From Candidatus Nanoarchaeia archaeon (GTDB taxonomy: Archaea; Nanobdellota; Nanobdellia; CSSed11-243R1): 32,000 bases of DNA. A program made the translations under genes and the position numbers. The stretch is taken from positions 61,847-93,846 of the forward strand of contig JAQTNH010000001.1 in NCBI GenBank assembly GCA_028713895.1, given 5' to 3'. Of the stretch, positions 1-7,625 are shown piece by piece. The notes beneath the pieces are model-generated. The model was not told the origin of the DNA. It saw nothing but the letters and a program-made list of their open reading frames with translations, and ran no database searches. Numbering within the stretch: the first letter of the stretch is position 1; each line of letters starts with the position of its first letter.

Positions 1-2
1 GC

Positions 3-818
3 ATGACTGAGAAGCTGATTAGAGGATATGAAATTGCCAAAAAAGTTTATGATGCAGACTACTTAGCAGTGAGATTAGTAACGGGATTTCATGCAACTAA
101 AATAGAAGCAGAACTTAATTCTTATGTTATCAACAACAAAATTGAATATTCCGAGCAGGATGTTTCTGATTTGGTTGAATATCTCAACATGAACGATTTT
201 GATGATGAAACCGAGAAGATGGGGGTTTACGTTGGCTCTTTGATTTCAATACTTACAGAAAAGAACGAGAAGCTCGGAAAACGGACTATAATCAAGATTC
301 CTGAAAATCGTTTGGATTATCTTGGAGAGTATTGCAGAAAGTTTGATGTTATCAAAGTAGGAGTGAATTACGGAACTGAAGTTTTTAGAGTTGCAAGAAA
401 AGGCAACCTTCTTTATGTTGAAGACTGTAAAGGCAATAGCTTTGCTCAAGACGCCGGTTGTATCAATGGGGATGTTAAAACAATTGTCGGAGTTAATGTA
501 AGTGGGGATTGGTTTGCTAAGAATGCCAGCCAGTTTAATGGAAAGGTTGGTGTGGTTGCAGGTATGAATGTAAGCGGGAGCGGGTTTGCTCGTATTGTTG
601 GCGAAGATGGTGAACGTGTTGAAGCTATTATTGGGGTGAATGTAACCGGCAACAATTTTGCTTTTGGTGCTGAATTCAAGGATGGGCCTGTCGGCAAGAT
701 TTTGTACAACTCACGCGAAGCAGACATTGGGTACAACAGGGTAATCGAAGGCCTAAACAGGGAATATAATCTTGGTCTAAAGAAAGTAAAAGTGCGAAAA
801 GAACGGAGTGAATCCTGA
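3..818 (+). CDS. Uncharacterised repeat protein, paralog 1 of a tandem triplet (conserved ~150-aa N-domain plus 3 copies of a ~24-aa repeat)
   Basis: ATG at nt 3; upstream context is outside the window, so 5' completeness is unproven. Aligns by eye over its full length with the next two genes (DLVEY..GKRTIIKIPENRLDYLG..CRKFDVIKVGVNYG..VF..A.KGNLLYVEDC). Stop TGA 816-818 overlaps the next ATG. No signal peptide or TM. No family recognised. Confidence 0.75.
   Translation: MTEKLIRGYEIAKKVYDADYLAVRLVTGFHATKIEAELNSYVINNKIEYSEQDVSDLVEYLNMNDFDDETEKMGVYVGSLISILTEKNEKLGKRTIIKIPENRLDYLGEYCRKFDVIKVGVNYGTEVFRVARKGNLLYVEDCKGNSFAQDAGCINGDVKTIVGVNVSGDWFAKNASQFNGKVGVVAGMNVSGSGFARIVGEDGERVEAIIGVNVTGNNFAFGAEFKDGPVGKILYNSREADIGYNRVIEGLNREYNLGLKKVKVRKERSES
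453..674 (+). repeat. Intragenic tandem repeat, 3 x ~72 nt (24 aa) in paralog 1
   Basis: aa 151-224: GCINGDVKTIVGVNVSGDWFAKNA / SQFNGKVGVVAGMNVSGSGFARIV / GEDGERVEAIIGVNVTGNNFAFGA. Confidence 0.8.
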
Positions 819-1720
819 TGACCCTCGCGGCACAGGTCAACTTTGGATTAGAAGAACTCGCAGGAATAGACTGTGGAGTAAAGAGAAAAGAACTGTACAA
901 TGAACAGAGCATGATTGAAAAGCTGATGAATGCTTATTACAAAAAGGATGAGTCTCATCTTAAATTGAATTACAATGAACAAAATATTGCTGACCTGGTT
1001 GAGTATGCTGGAATGCAGGAATATGATGGTGATGACTCAAAAAGATGCGGAATCTATGTGGGCGAACTTATTACAAATCTTACTGAAAAGAACGAAAAAC
1101 ATGGGAAACAGACAATAATTGACATACCTGAGAATAGGCTGGACTGGCTTGGAAGTGAATGCAAGAAATTTGATGTCGTCAGAATAGGAGTTAATTATGG
1201 AGACCATGTTTTTGAATATGCAAACAAAGGCAACCTGCTTTATGTTGAGGATTGTGAAGGATCATGGTTTGCTGAGGGGTTTGGTAACGATGGTGGAAAA
1301 GTTGGTGCGATTGTCGGAATCAAGGTAGGAGGATCTTGGTTTGCTGAATTTGCAGGCAATTTGGGCGGAAAAATCGGAGCTATTGTCGGAGTTAATGTAA
1401 AAGGCGGCTGGTTTGCTGCGAATGCCGGCAATGATGGCGGGAAAGTTGGTAATGTTATTGGGAATAATGTAAGCGGAAATCTGTTTACTCAGTATGCCAG
1501 TTCTTACGGCGGAAATATTGGAAATGTTGTAGGAGTGAATGTAAGCGGGGACGGGTTTGCCGATATTGGTGCTGGCTGTAATATTGGAAAGATTGGCAAG
1601 ATTCTTGTAAATTCACGCAATGCAGATATTGAATATAACAGAATCGTTGAGAGGCTGAATAATGAATATAATCTTAATCTAAAAAAAGTAAAAGTAAGAA
1701 AAGAACGGAGTGCGTCTTGA
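818..1720 (+). CDS. Uncharacterised repeat protein, paralog 2 (N-domain plus 4 full repeats and a degenerate cap, basic tail KKVKVRKERSAS)
   Basis: ATG 818-820 shares one nt with the upstream TGA (TGATG). GGAG at 805-808. Same N-domain and repeat consensus G-x-x-G-G-K-[VI]-G-x-[IV]-V-G-V-N-V-x-G-x-x-F-A as paralog 1. Confidence 0.8.
   Translation: MTLAAQVNFGLEELAGIDCGVKRKELYNEQSMIEKLMNAYYKKDESHLKLNYNEQNIADLVEYAGMQEYDGDDSKRCGIYVGELITNLTEKNEKHGKQTIIDIPENRLDWLGSECKKFDVVRIGVNYGDHVFEYANKGNLLYVEDCEGSWFAEGFGNDGGKVGAIVGIKVGGSWFAEFAGNLGGKIGAIVGVNVKGGWFAANAGNDGGKVGNVIGNNVSGNLFTQYASSYGGNIGNVVGVNVSGDGFADIGAGCNIGKIGKILVNSRNADIEYNRIVERLNNEYNLNLKKVKVRKERSAS
1283..1570 (+). repeat. Intragenic tandem repeat, 4 x 72 nt (24 aa) in paralog 2
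   Basis: aa 156-251: GNDGGKVGAIVGIKVGGSWFAEFA / GNLGGKIGAIVGVNVKGGWFAANA / GNDGGKVGNVIGNNVSGNLFTQYA / SSYGGNIGNVVGVNVSGDGFADIG. Confidence 0.85.
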
Positions 1721-2742
1721 TGACCCTTGCAGCACAAGTAAAATTTGGTCTTGAAGAGCTTACTGGGATAGATTCAGGATTAAAAAGAAAGGGAATAATC
1801 AAGGATAGTTTGTTAGAAAAACTGATTGAAGCGCAAAAAAAATGTGATGACTCCTATCTTAGATTGGGATACAATGAGCAGGATATTACAGAATTGGTTG
1901 AATATGCTGGAATGCAGGAATATGATGACAAAGAGTCTGAAAAATGCGGGGAATACATAGGCAGACTCATAACAAATCTCACTAAAGAGAACGAGAAACT
2001 TGGAAAAAGGACAATCATTGAGATTCCTGAGAACCATTTGGATTGTCTTGGGTTATATTGTCGTAAATTTGACATTGTCAAAATTGGAGTCAATTACGGA
2101 AATGATGTTTTTAGAGGCGCAAAAAAAGGCAACCTTCTTTATGTTGAACGATGCGAAAGGGATAATTTTGCTTATTTTGCTGGCTGTGATGGTGGTAATA
2201 TCCGGATAATCGCTGCAAAGGAAGTCAATGGAAAGGGATTTGCGGATTTTGCTGGAAGCAGGGGTAATGTTGACGTGATTGCTGCGAAAGAGGTCAATGG
2301 AGTCTGGTTTGCATGGTCTGCTGGAGAAAAGGGTGGCAACGCAGGGATGATTGTTGCAAAAGAGGTCAATGGGGGAAGGTTTGCAGAGTTTGGTGGATTC
2401 AAAGGCAATGTTGGAATAATCGCTGCAAAAGAAGTTAATGGGAACGAATTTGCAAACAATACTGGAGACGAGGGTTATGTCAGAATAATTGCTGCAGAAA
2501 TGGTTAATGGAAACGATTTTGCAGCAGGTGCTAAAAGTGTTGAACACATTTACAAGTGTGGGGAAAAAGCAGCGGAAGTTTATGTTAATGCTATGAAAAA
2601 AGCCAGAGATGAACTCGCAAAGTATAATATTGACTGGGGACTAAAATTCAAGAAAATTAAGATAATCAAAAAAATAAAAGAAACTGCCTTCTTTAAAAAA
2701 GAAGGTAAGCTGCCAAGAAAAATTATTCTACCTCAACGGTGA
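1720..2742 (+). CDS. Uncharacterised repeat protein, paralog 3 (N-domain plus 5 repeats of variant unit I-I-A-A-K-E-V-N-G-x-x-F-A, distinct Lys-rich C-terminus)
   Basis: The track starts at TTG 1717. I prefer ATG 1720 because it recreates the junction TGATGACCCT seen at 816-825. The N-domain is conserved with paralogs 1 and 2. The C-terminal ~70 aa (KFKKIKIIKKIKETAFFKKEGK) is unlike the other two. Confidence 0.8.
   Translation: MTLAAQVKFGLEELTGIDSGLKRKGIIKDSLLEKLIEAQKKCDDSYLRLGYNEQDITELVEYAGMQEYDDKESEKCGEYIGRLITNLTKENEKLGKRTIIEIPENHLDCLGLYCRKFDIVKIGVNYGNDVFRGAKKGNLLYVERCERDNFAYFAGCDGGNIRIIAAKEVNGKGFADFAGSRGNVDVIAAKEVNGVWFAWSAGEKGGNAGMIVAKEVNGGRFAEFGGFKGNVGIIAAKEVNGNEFANNTGDEGYVRIIAAEMVNGNDFAAGAKSVEHIYKCGEKAAEVYVNAMKKARDELAKYNIDWGLKFKKIKIIKKIKETAFFKKEGKLPRKIILPQR
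2182..2532 (+). repeat. Intragenic tandem repeat, 5 x 69-72 nt (23-24 aa) in paralog 3
   Basis: aa 156-272. The repeat is also visible at DNA level (ataatcgctgcaaaggaagtcaatgg / gtgattgctgcgaaagaggtcaatgg / atgattgttgcaaaagaggtcaatgg / ataatcgctgcaaaagaagttaatgg / ataattgctgcagaaatggttaatgg). Confidence 0.85.
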
Positions 2743-4108
2743 GCACGTTTGAGGATTCCTGCCTTTCAACGCCCTTTGCATCCTTGTACTCAACTGTGGT
2801 CGGCGGGAAGTTCATGTTCCCGAGGACCTCTACGCTTGTGCGCACTTTGTAGCTGAAGATTCTCTCTTCCTTTGGCTTCAGGTGCTCGAGCTCCCATTTC
2901 ACTGCCTTCTGCCTGTCCTTTGTCGTCACTGTGCCAGGCACTGTGCCGAATTCCCGGATTTCCTTGATGAACGCAGGAAGGAAGTCGTAAATCTTCACGT
3001 TCTTCATCTCGCCATTTGTAAGGTTCTTGACGTGAACCTGAAGCTTCAGGTCCATGAATCCTGCGTGGCGCCTGTAATCAACAAGCTCCTTCTTTATTTC
3101 CATCTTGCGCGTGAAATACCAGACTGCAATCACAGCAAGTATTATCACGAACGGAATCGCGATTATCGGGACATAGGTTATTTTGTAGCCGACTGTTGTT
3201 GCCTGCCCTGCAGGAACTGTTATCTGCCATGAAACTGTTTTCCCGTCATATGTGTATCCTGCTGTGCGGTCGTCCACAAGATATTTTTCAAGCCCTGAAA
3301 TTGCTGAAGTTATTGTGCAGGCTGCATCTCCTGTGCCTGCGTTGTTAACATCTGCTGAATATGTTCTTCCCAGAAGCCCGCTCTTTGCATTCTCAGTGAC
3401 TGTGCAGGTTGAAAACTCAGGCACATTGAACACCCCTTTTGTGTCAAGGTAAGTGTCCTGCATGATTATCCTGAGCGTGTAATTCAAATTTCCAATTGAG
3501 TTGTCAGGAAGTTTCAGCCCTGAAATCCTGTACTCGTTCGTGCCCTTAAGCACCTTGATTATTGGCAGCGCTCCGAAATCAAAATCAGAAATTAATGAAA
3601 CTGTGCCTGTTGGCTCGGTTTCTGTGGGGTTTGTCAGTGAAAAAACAATGTCAAACGCATTCCGCGGGTCAATTGCCGAGGGTTCGGTTCGCAAATCTGT
3701 CAGCCTGACATTTGAAAATTTGTATGCCCTCCCGGGTGTTGGAAGAATATTTGCGTCAAGAATTACCGAATAGTTGTATTTTACCCCGTCCTTATCAAAA
3801 AGAATCGGCTTGATGAACAAAGTTCCGGGAGTGGTGCCGTACGGGATTGTGTACAGGATATCAACGTCCTGCGTCTGTCCAGGGTCGATTGTAAAGTGGG
3901 ACGGATTCATGTCTGCCGCAAGGAAAATGCTTATGTACAGAGATTCGTCGCCATTGTTCTGGAATGTGACAAGGTAATGGAGAATGTCCCCTTCTTTGCC
4001 TTCACGGTCCAGGTACTCTGTGCCGTGTGTTAGTTGAGCATTGGCGTAGCCGAATGCTGCGATTAATAATATAGCTAAAACGATTAACTTTGATTTTACC
4101 CCTACCAT
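2723..4108 (-). CDS. Secreted, membrane-anchored surface protein with CARDB/NEW3/DUF11-like beta-sandwich signatures (COG1470-like)
   Basis: I prefer the internal ATG at 4108 (MVGVKSKLIVLAILLIAAFGYANA|Q, a signal-peptide-like N-terminus) because a TATA-like box at 4131-4140 is centred ~27 nt upstream. Second TM IIAIPFVIILAVIAVWYF. Motifs YLVTFQNNGDESLYISIFL..IDPGQTQDVDILYTIP and HVKNLTNGEMKNVKIYDFLP. The 3' end overlaps paralog 3 by 20 nt (convergent). Confidence 0.6.
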   Translation of the reverse strand: MVGVKSKLIVLAILLIAAFGYANAQLTHGTEYLDREGKEGDILHYLVTFQNNGDESLYISIFLAADMNPSHFTIDPGQTQDVDILYTIPYGTTPGTLFIKPILFDKDGVKYNYSVILDANILPTPGRAYKFSNVRLTDLRTEPSAIDPRNAFDIVFSLTNPTETEPTGTVSLISDFDFGALPIIKVLKGTNEYRISGLKLPDNSIGNLNYTLRIIMQDTYLDTKGVFNVPEFSTCTVTENAKSGLLGRTYSADVNNAGTGDAACTITSAISGLEKYLVDDRTAGYTYDGKTVSWQITVPAGQATTVGYKITYVPIIAIPFVIILAVIAVWYFTRKMEIKKELVDYRRHAGFMDLKLQVHVKNLTNGEMKNVKIYDFLPAFIKEIREFGTVPGTVTTKDRQKAVKWELEHLKPKEERIFSYKVRTSVEVLGNMNFPPTTVEYKDAKGVERQESSNVLTVEVE

Positions 4109-4130
4109 ATCTAACTGTATTGCATAATAG

Positions 4131-4140
4131 TTTATAAATT
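4131..4140 (-). promoter_or_regulatory. TATA-like box for the 4108 surface-protein gene (leaderless spacing)
   Basis: tttataaatt, centred ~27 nt from ATG 4108. Confidence 0.45.
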
Positions 4141-4160
4141 TGTTGAAATACGGCTTTAAC

Positions 4161-4172
4161 AAAATTAATAAC
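4161..4172 (+). promoter_or_regulatory. TATA-like box for the GT2 gene (leaderless spacing)
   Basis: aaaattaataac, centred ~29 nt upstream of ATG 4195. Confidence 0.4.
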
Positions 4173-4194
4173 CAAAAAGAGACATTGTAATGGC

Positions 4195-5352
4195 ATGGCA
4201 GGAGTGATTTTCGGGTTTGTGCTGTTTTTGCTTGTGATTATTGCCACGTTTTTCTCACTGGTGAATGTCCTGACTGCGCTGGCAGGATTAAAACCTGCAA
4301 GGAATTACAGTGCGTACCAGCCAAAAGTCTCGGTGATTGTGCGCTCGTGGAATGATGATGCTGTGATTGAACGCTGCATAACAAACCTTTTGGAGCAGAA
4401 CTATCCCTCGGATAAATTTGAGGTGATAATAGCGGATGACAGCACAGACGACAAAACAAAGGACATCTGCGAGAAATTCAGTGACATACGATATGTAAAA
4501 GTCCCGCACAAGGAACTGAAAGCGGAAATCATTGACTATGTGATAAACAACTGCGCAGTCGGGGAGCTGATTGCAGAGACTGATGCTGATGCAGTGGCAG
4601 ACAAAAACTGGCTTGCAGAGATTGTAAAGCCTTTCCAGGACAGGAGCGTTGCAGGAGCAACAGGGCCTGTGGTTGCGGGCAACTGGAACAGCCTGATTGC
4701 AGCCACACGGGCAATCGAGGACTTCTGGCATTTCTGCTCAGGAGCCGGCGGAAGATACAGCCTTGCAAAAGCAGGGATAATTTACGGCGGAAACAAGGCA
4801 TACAGGAAATCGGCGTGGATGGAAGTCGGAGGGCACCCTACAAAGACAATGGCTGAAGACGCTGAGATATCAATGAAGTTTGTAGAGAAAGGCTACAAGG
4901 TTGTTTTTGCCAGGAATGCGCTTGTCATGCAGGAGGAAGTCGGGACAGTCAAACAATACCTGAGCGAAAGAAAACGCTGGACAAGCGCGGATTTTGCAGT
5001 CTGGAACAAGTACGGCAATATAATAAAAAGCAACATGCTGCATCACTTTCTGCTGATGTCAAACTTTTCAATGGATGCATGGCTTTTCTTCTCATGGCTG
5101 TTCATCTGGTTCGAGCCGCTTTTCATAATACCGCTTTTACTGAGCCTGATTACGCTTTGGATTGGATTTGCAGAGTACAAAGCAAGGCTTGGGTTCTACC
5201 TGTTCGCAGGCGCGTACACAATACTTAACCCGCTGCTCCAGACGCTCGCCATTCTCGGAGTGCTCAAGGACAGATATTTCGGCTCTGGAGTGAAGTGGGA
5301 CAAGGTTTGGCACCACCAGATTCCGCTAAAGTGGCCTGTGAAAAAAATATAA
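4195..5352 (+). CDS. Membrane-bound family 2 glycosyltransferase (processive-type architecture)
   Basis: N-terminal TM, then VSVIVRSWND..LEQNYP..FEVIIADDSTDD (GT2 DxD region) and ETDADAV. ERKRW sits where the Q-x-x-R-W motif is expected. Several C-terminal TM segments. Confidence 0.85.
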   Translation: MAGVIFGFVLFLLVIIATFFSLVNVLTALAGLKPARNYSAYQPKVSVIVRSWNDDAVIERCITNLLEQNYPSDKFEVIIADDSTDDKTKDICEKFSDIRYVKVPHKELKAEIIDYVINNCAVGELIAETDADAVADKNWLAEIVKPFQDRSVAGATGPVVAGNWNSLIAATRAIEDFWHFCSGAGGRYSLAKAGIIYGGNKAYRKSAWMEVGGHPTKTMAEDAEISMKFVEKGYKVVFARNALVMQEEVGTVKQYLSERKRWTSADFAVWNKYGNIIKSNMLHHFLLMSNFSMDAWLFFSWLFIWFEPLFIIPLLLSLITLWIGFAEYKARLGFYLFAGAYTILNPLLQTLAILGVLKDRYFGSGVKWDKVWHHQIPLKWPVKKI

Positions 5353-5392
5353 ATATGGAAGTCTACAACAATTCTATATTGAGGTGCTTAAA

Positions 5393-5638
5393 ATGATTAA
5401 AAAACAGGAGATTATCGTGTATTCCACGCCTACATGCCCGTTTTGCGTGCGTGCAAAGGATTTTCTTAAGAAAAACAAATTTCAATTCAAGGAAATAAAT
5501 GTTGCCGAGGACCATGAAGCAGCGCAGTTCATGATTGAAAAAACCCAGCAGATGGGAGTGCCTGTGATACAGATTGGAAACGAATTTGTAACAGGCTTTG
5601 ATGAAATCAAGCTGAAAATACTTCTGGGGCTCAAATGA
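5393..5638 (+). CDS. Glutaredoxin/NrdH-like small redoxin (CPFC active site)
   Basis: YSTPTCPFCVRAKDFL..GVPV. I prefer ATG 5393 (the track starts at GTG 5384) because GAGGTG at 5381-5386 is a Shine-Dalgarno-like site 6 nt upstream. Confidence 0.8.
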   Translation: MIKKQEIIVYSTPTCPFCVRAKDFLKKNKFQFKEINVAEDHEAAQFMIEKTQQMGVPVIQIGNEFVTGFDEIKLKILLGLK

Positions 5639-6306
5639 GAATAGCTGTAGAATCGCGGAGAGAGAACAGCATTGCAGAGACGCTGAAGCGGTTAGGGCAC
5701 AAAGTCACGGGCTGGAACCCCGAGCTTGTTGTCGCATTCGGCGGAGACGGAACATTTTTGCGAGCAGAGAGGATTTATCCAAACGTGCCAAAACTGTTCA
5801 TCTACAGTTCAGAAACATGCAAGTCATGCTGCGTGAATGATGTTGAAAATATTCTCCAAAAAATTCCGGGGCTGAAGTTCAGGGAAGAGATGAAGCTTGA
5901 TGCTGTAATACACGGAAAGAGGATTTCTGCGCTGAACGAGATAAATGTCCACTACAACCCGCCGCGGGCGCTGCGCTTTGATGTGCGGATAAACGGCAAG
6001 CTTATGGCAGAAAATGCAATAGGGGACGGTGTTGTTGTTGCGACACCTTTCGGCGCTTCTGCTTATTTCCACTCGATAACAGGGAGAAGGTTCACGAAAG
6101 GCATTGGAATCGCATTCAACAACCTGACAAAGAAAATGCGGGCAATTATTGCAAAAGAGAACTCTGAAATCGAGATTATTGTGAAAAGGGAAAACGGGAT
6201 TGTTGCGTGGGATGACTCGCTGAAAACAATACCCATAAAAGAAGGGGACATTATTAGGATACACAAGGGCGCGCCTGTAAAGGTGTGCCTGTTCAAGAAG
6301 GCATGA
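5635..6306 (+). CDS. nadK: NAD kinase
   Basis: GGDGT motif (VVAFGGDGTFLRA), NEINV, GDGVVVATPFGASAYFHS. ATGA overlap with the upstream stop (5635-5638). Short form (223 aa). Confidence 0.8.
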   Translation: MRIAVESRRENSIAETLKRLGHKVTGWNPELVVAFGGDGTFLRAERIYPNVPKLFIYSSETCKSCCVNDVENILQKIPGLKFREEMKLDAVIHGKRISALNEINVHYNPPRALRFDVRINGKLMAENAIGDGVVVATPFGASAYFHSITGRRFTKGIGIAFNNLTKKMRAIIAKENSEIEIIVKRENGIVAWDDSLKTIPIKEGDIIRIHKGAPVKVCLFKKA

Positions 6307-7217
6307 AAATGGAATACGATGTCATAATAATCGGCGGGGGTGTTGCAGGACTTTCTGCAGCCCTGCAGGCAAAACGCTTCAACCTCAACACGCTTGTGAT
6401 TGCAAAAGAAATCGGCGGGCTGCTGAACATACCCAACCCAGTTGAAAACTATCCGGGGCTGGGCGCTACAACAGGGATGGAGATAATCAAAAAAATCAGG
6501 CAGCACGCAGAAAAATTCAAGCCTGAAATAAAAGAGGAAACTGTAATTGACTGCAAAAAAAATGGGAATGTTTTTGCTGTAAAAACAGAGAATTCCGAGT
6601 ACCATGGAAAATCAATTGTATTCGCAACAGGCTCGGACAGGAGAAAACTTGATGTTCTGGGAGAGAAAGAACACGCCGGGAAGGGAGTGAGCTACTGCGC
6701 AAGCTGTGACGGAGCGCTGTTCAGGAACAAGACTGTTGCAGTGGCAGGCGGGAATGACTCGGCTGCAAAGGAAGCGCTGCTTCTCACCCAATATGCAAAA
6801 AAAGTTTACATAATCTACCGCGGGGAAAAAATCCGCGCAGAGCCGATGCTTGCCGGGCAGGTTGAAAAGAACCCAAAAATTGAGATAATAACAAACACAA
6901 ACATCAGGCAGATAAACGGAAAGATTTTTGTTGACAGCATCATCCTTGACAGGGCATACAAAGGCAGCACTGAAATGAAAATTGACGGCTTGTTTGTTGA
7001 AGTGGGGCATATCCCCTCGTCAGTGCTTGCTGCCGAGCTCGGCGTAAAGCTGAACGAAGCAAAAGAAATCATGGTTGACAGGGAGTCAAAAACAAATGTC
7101 CAGGGCATATTCGCCGCAGGCGATGTCACAGACAGCGGCTGGAAGCAGGCAATAATCGCTGCAAGCCAGGGAAGCTTTGCAGCCTTCAGCGCGTATAAAT
7201 TCGTAAAAACAAAATAA
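6303..7217 (+). CDS. trxB: Thioredoxin-disulfide reductase
   Basis: YDVIIIGGGVAGLSAA (FAD), redox-active CASC (SYCASCDGALF), VAVAGGNDSAAKEA (NADPH), FAAGDV. ATG 6303 overlaps the nadK stop (ATGA). Confidence 0.9.
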   Translation: MKMEYDVIIIGGGVAGLSAALQAKRFNLNTLVIAKEIGGLLNIPNPVENYPGLGATTGMEIIKKIRQHAEKFKPEIKEETVIDCKKNGNVFAVKTENSEYHGKSIVFATGSDRRKLDVLGEKEHAGKGVSYCASCDGALFRNKTVAVAGGNDSAAKEALLLTQYAKKVYIIYRGEKIRAEPMLAGQVEKNPKIEIITNTNIRQINGKIFVDSIILDRAYKGSTEMKIDGLFVEVGHIPSSVLAAELGVKLNEAKEIMVDRESKTNVQGIFAAGDVTDSGWKQAIIAASQGSFAAFSAYKFVKTK

Positions 7218-7221
7218 AGAA

Positions 7222-7581
7222 TCAGACATAAATCGATATGTAATTGTCTGGAAACTGGATTAATCTTGCTTTTTCAGGGTTTGCGAAGCTCTTTAAAGTG
7301 GCTGCTTTCCCGTCAACATCCCATGTGTAGAAGCTTGCCCTGCGATGCACATATCCCAGGATAATTTTCATGGCATCCTCTTCTGTTAATTCGCTTTTGC
7401 TTTCAAAACGAAAAGTCGGGCCAATTTGCATGGCATCATTAGGCACATTTGGAATGCTTTTAAATTCTGTTTCAAATGGCCGGACCTGTCCAGATTCAAT
7501 CAATTTGTTCAAAAGACCCTTGTCCTTGTCATAATCTACAATTATTTCTTTTAGGTTGTAATCTGTAGTAAGTGTTGCCAT
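7222..7581 (-). CDS. Hypothetical protein (119 aa)
   Basis: I prefer the internal ATG at 7581 (MATLTTDYNLKEI...). TTTATAAA at 7604-7611 is centred ~26 nt upstream, and the longer ORF would run into the porB 3' end. No motif recognised. Confidence 0.55.
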   Translation of the reverse strand: MATLTTDYNLKEIIVDYDKDKGLLNKLIESGQVRPFETEFKSIPNVPNDAMQIGPTFRFESKSELTEEDAMKIILGYVHRRASFYTWDVDGKAATLKSFANPEKARLIQFPDNYISIYV

Positions 7582-7603
7582 AAAGAAAGAAACTGTTAAA
7601 CAC

Positions 7604-7611
7604 TTTATAAA
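7604..7611 (-). promoter_or_regulatory. TATA-like box (TTTATAAA) for the 7581 gene
   Basis: Palindromic TTTATAAA ~26 nt from the ATG, lying between the porB stop and that ATG. Confidence 0.45.
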
Positions 7612-7625
7612 GGTTACTAATAGAA

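Noticed and set aside
246-2547. Antisense ORFs across the repeat-protein genes (446-736, 1240-1431, 1504-1737, 2053-2547 and 2172-2459, all minus strand) with Pro/Thr/Leu-rich periodic translations such as PLTFTPT.
   Set aside because: They are mirror images of the sense-strand repeats. The GVNVSG..FA periodicity read backwards stays open by chance. They have no start context, and the sense frames have the paralogy, SD sites and overlaps.
5095-5120. T-arm-like GGTTCGAGCC at ~5108-5117 as a possible tRNA fragment.
   Set aside because: It lies inside the GT2 coding frame and no acceptor, D or anticodon arms can be folded around it.
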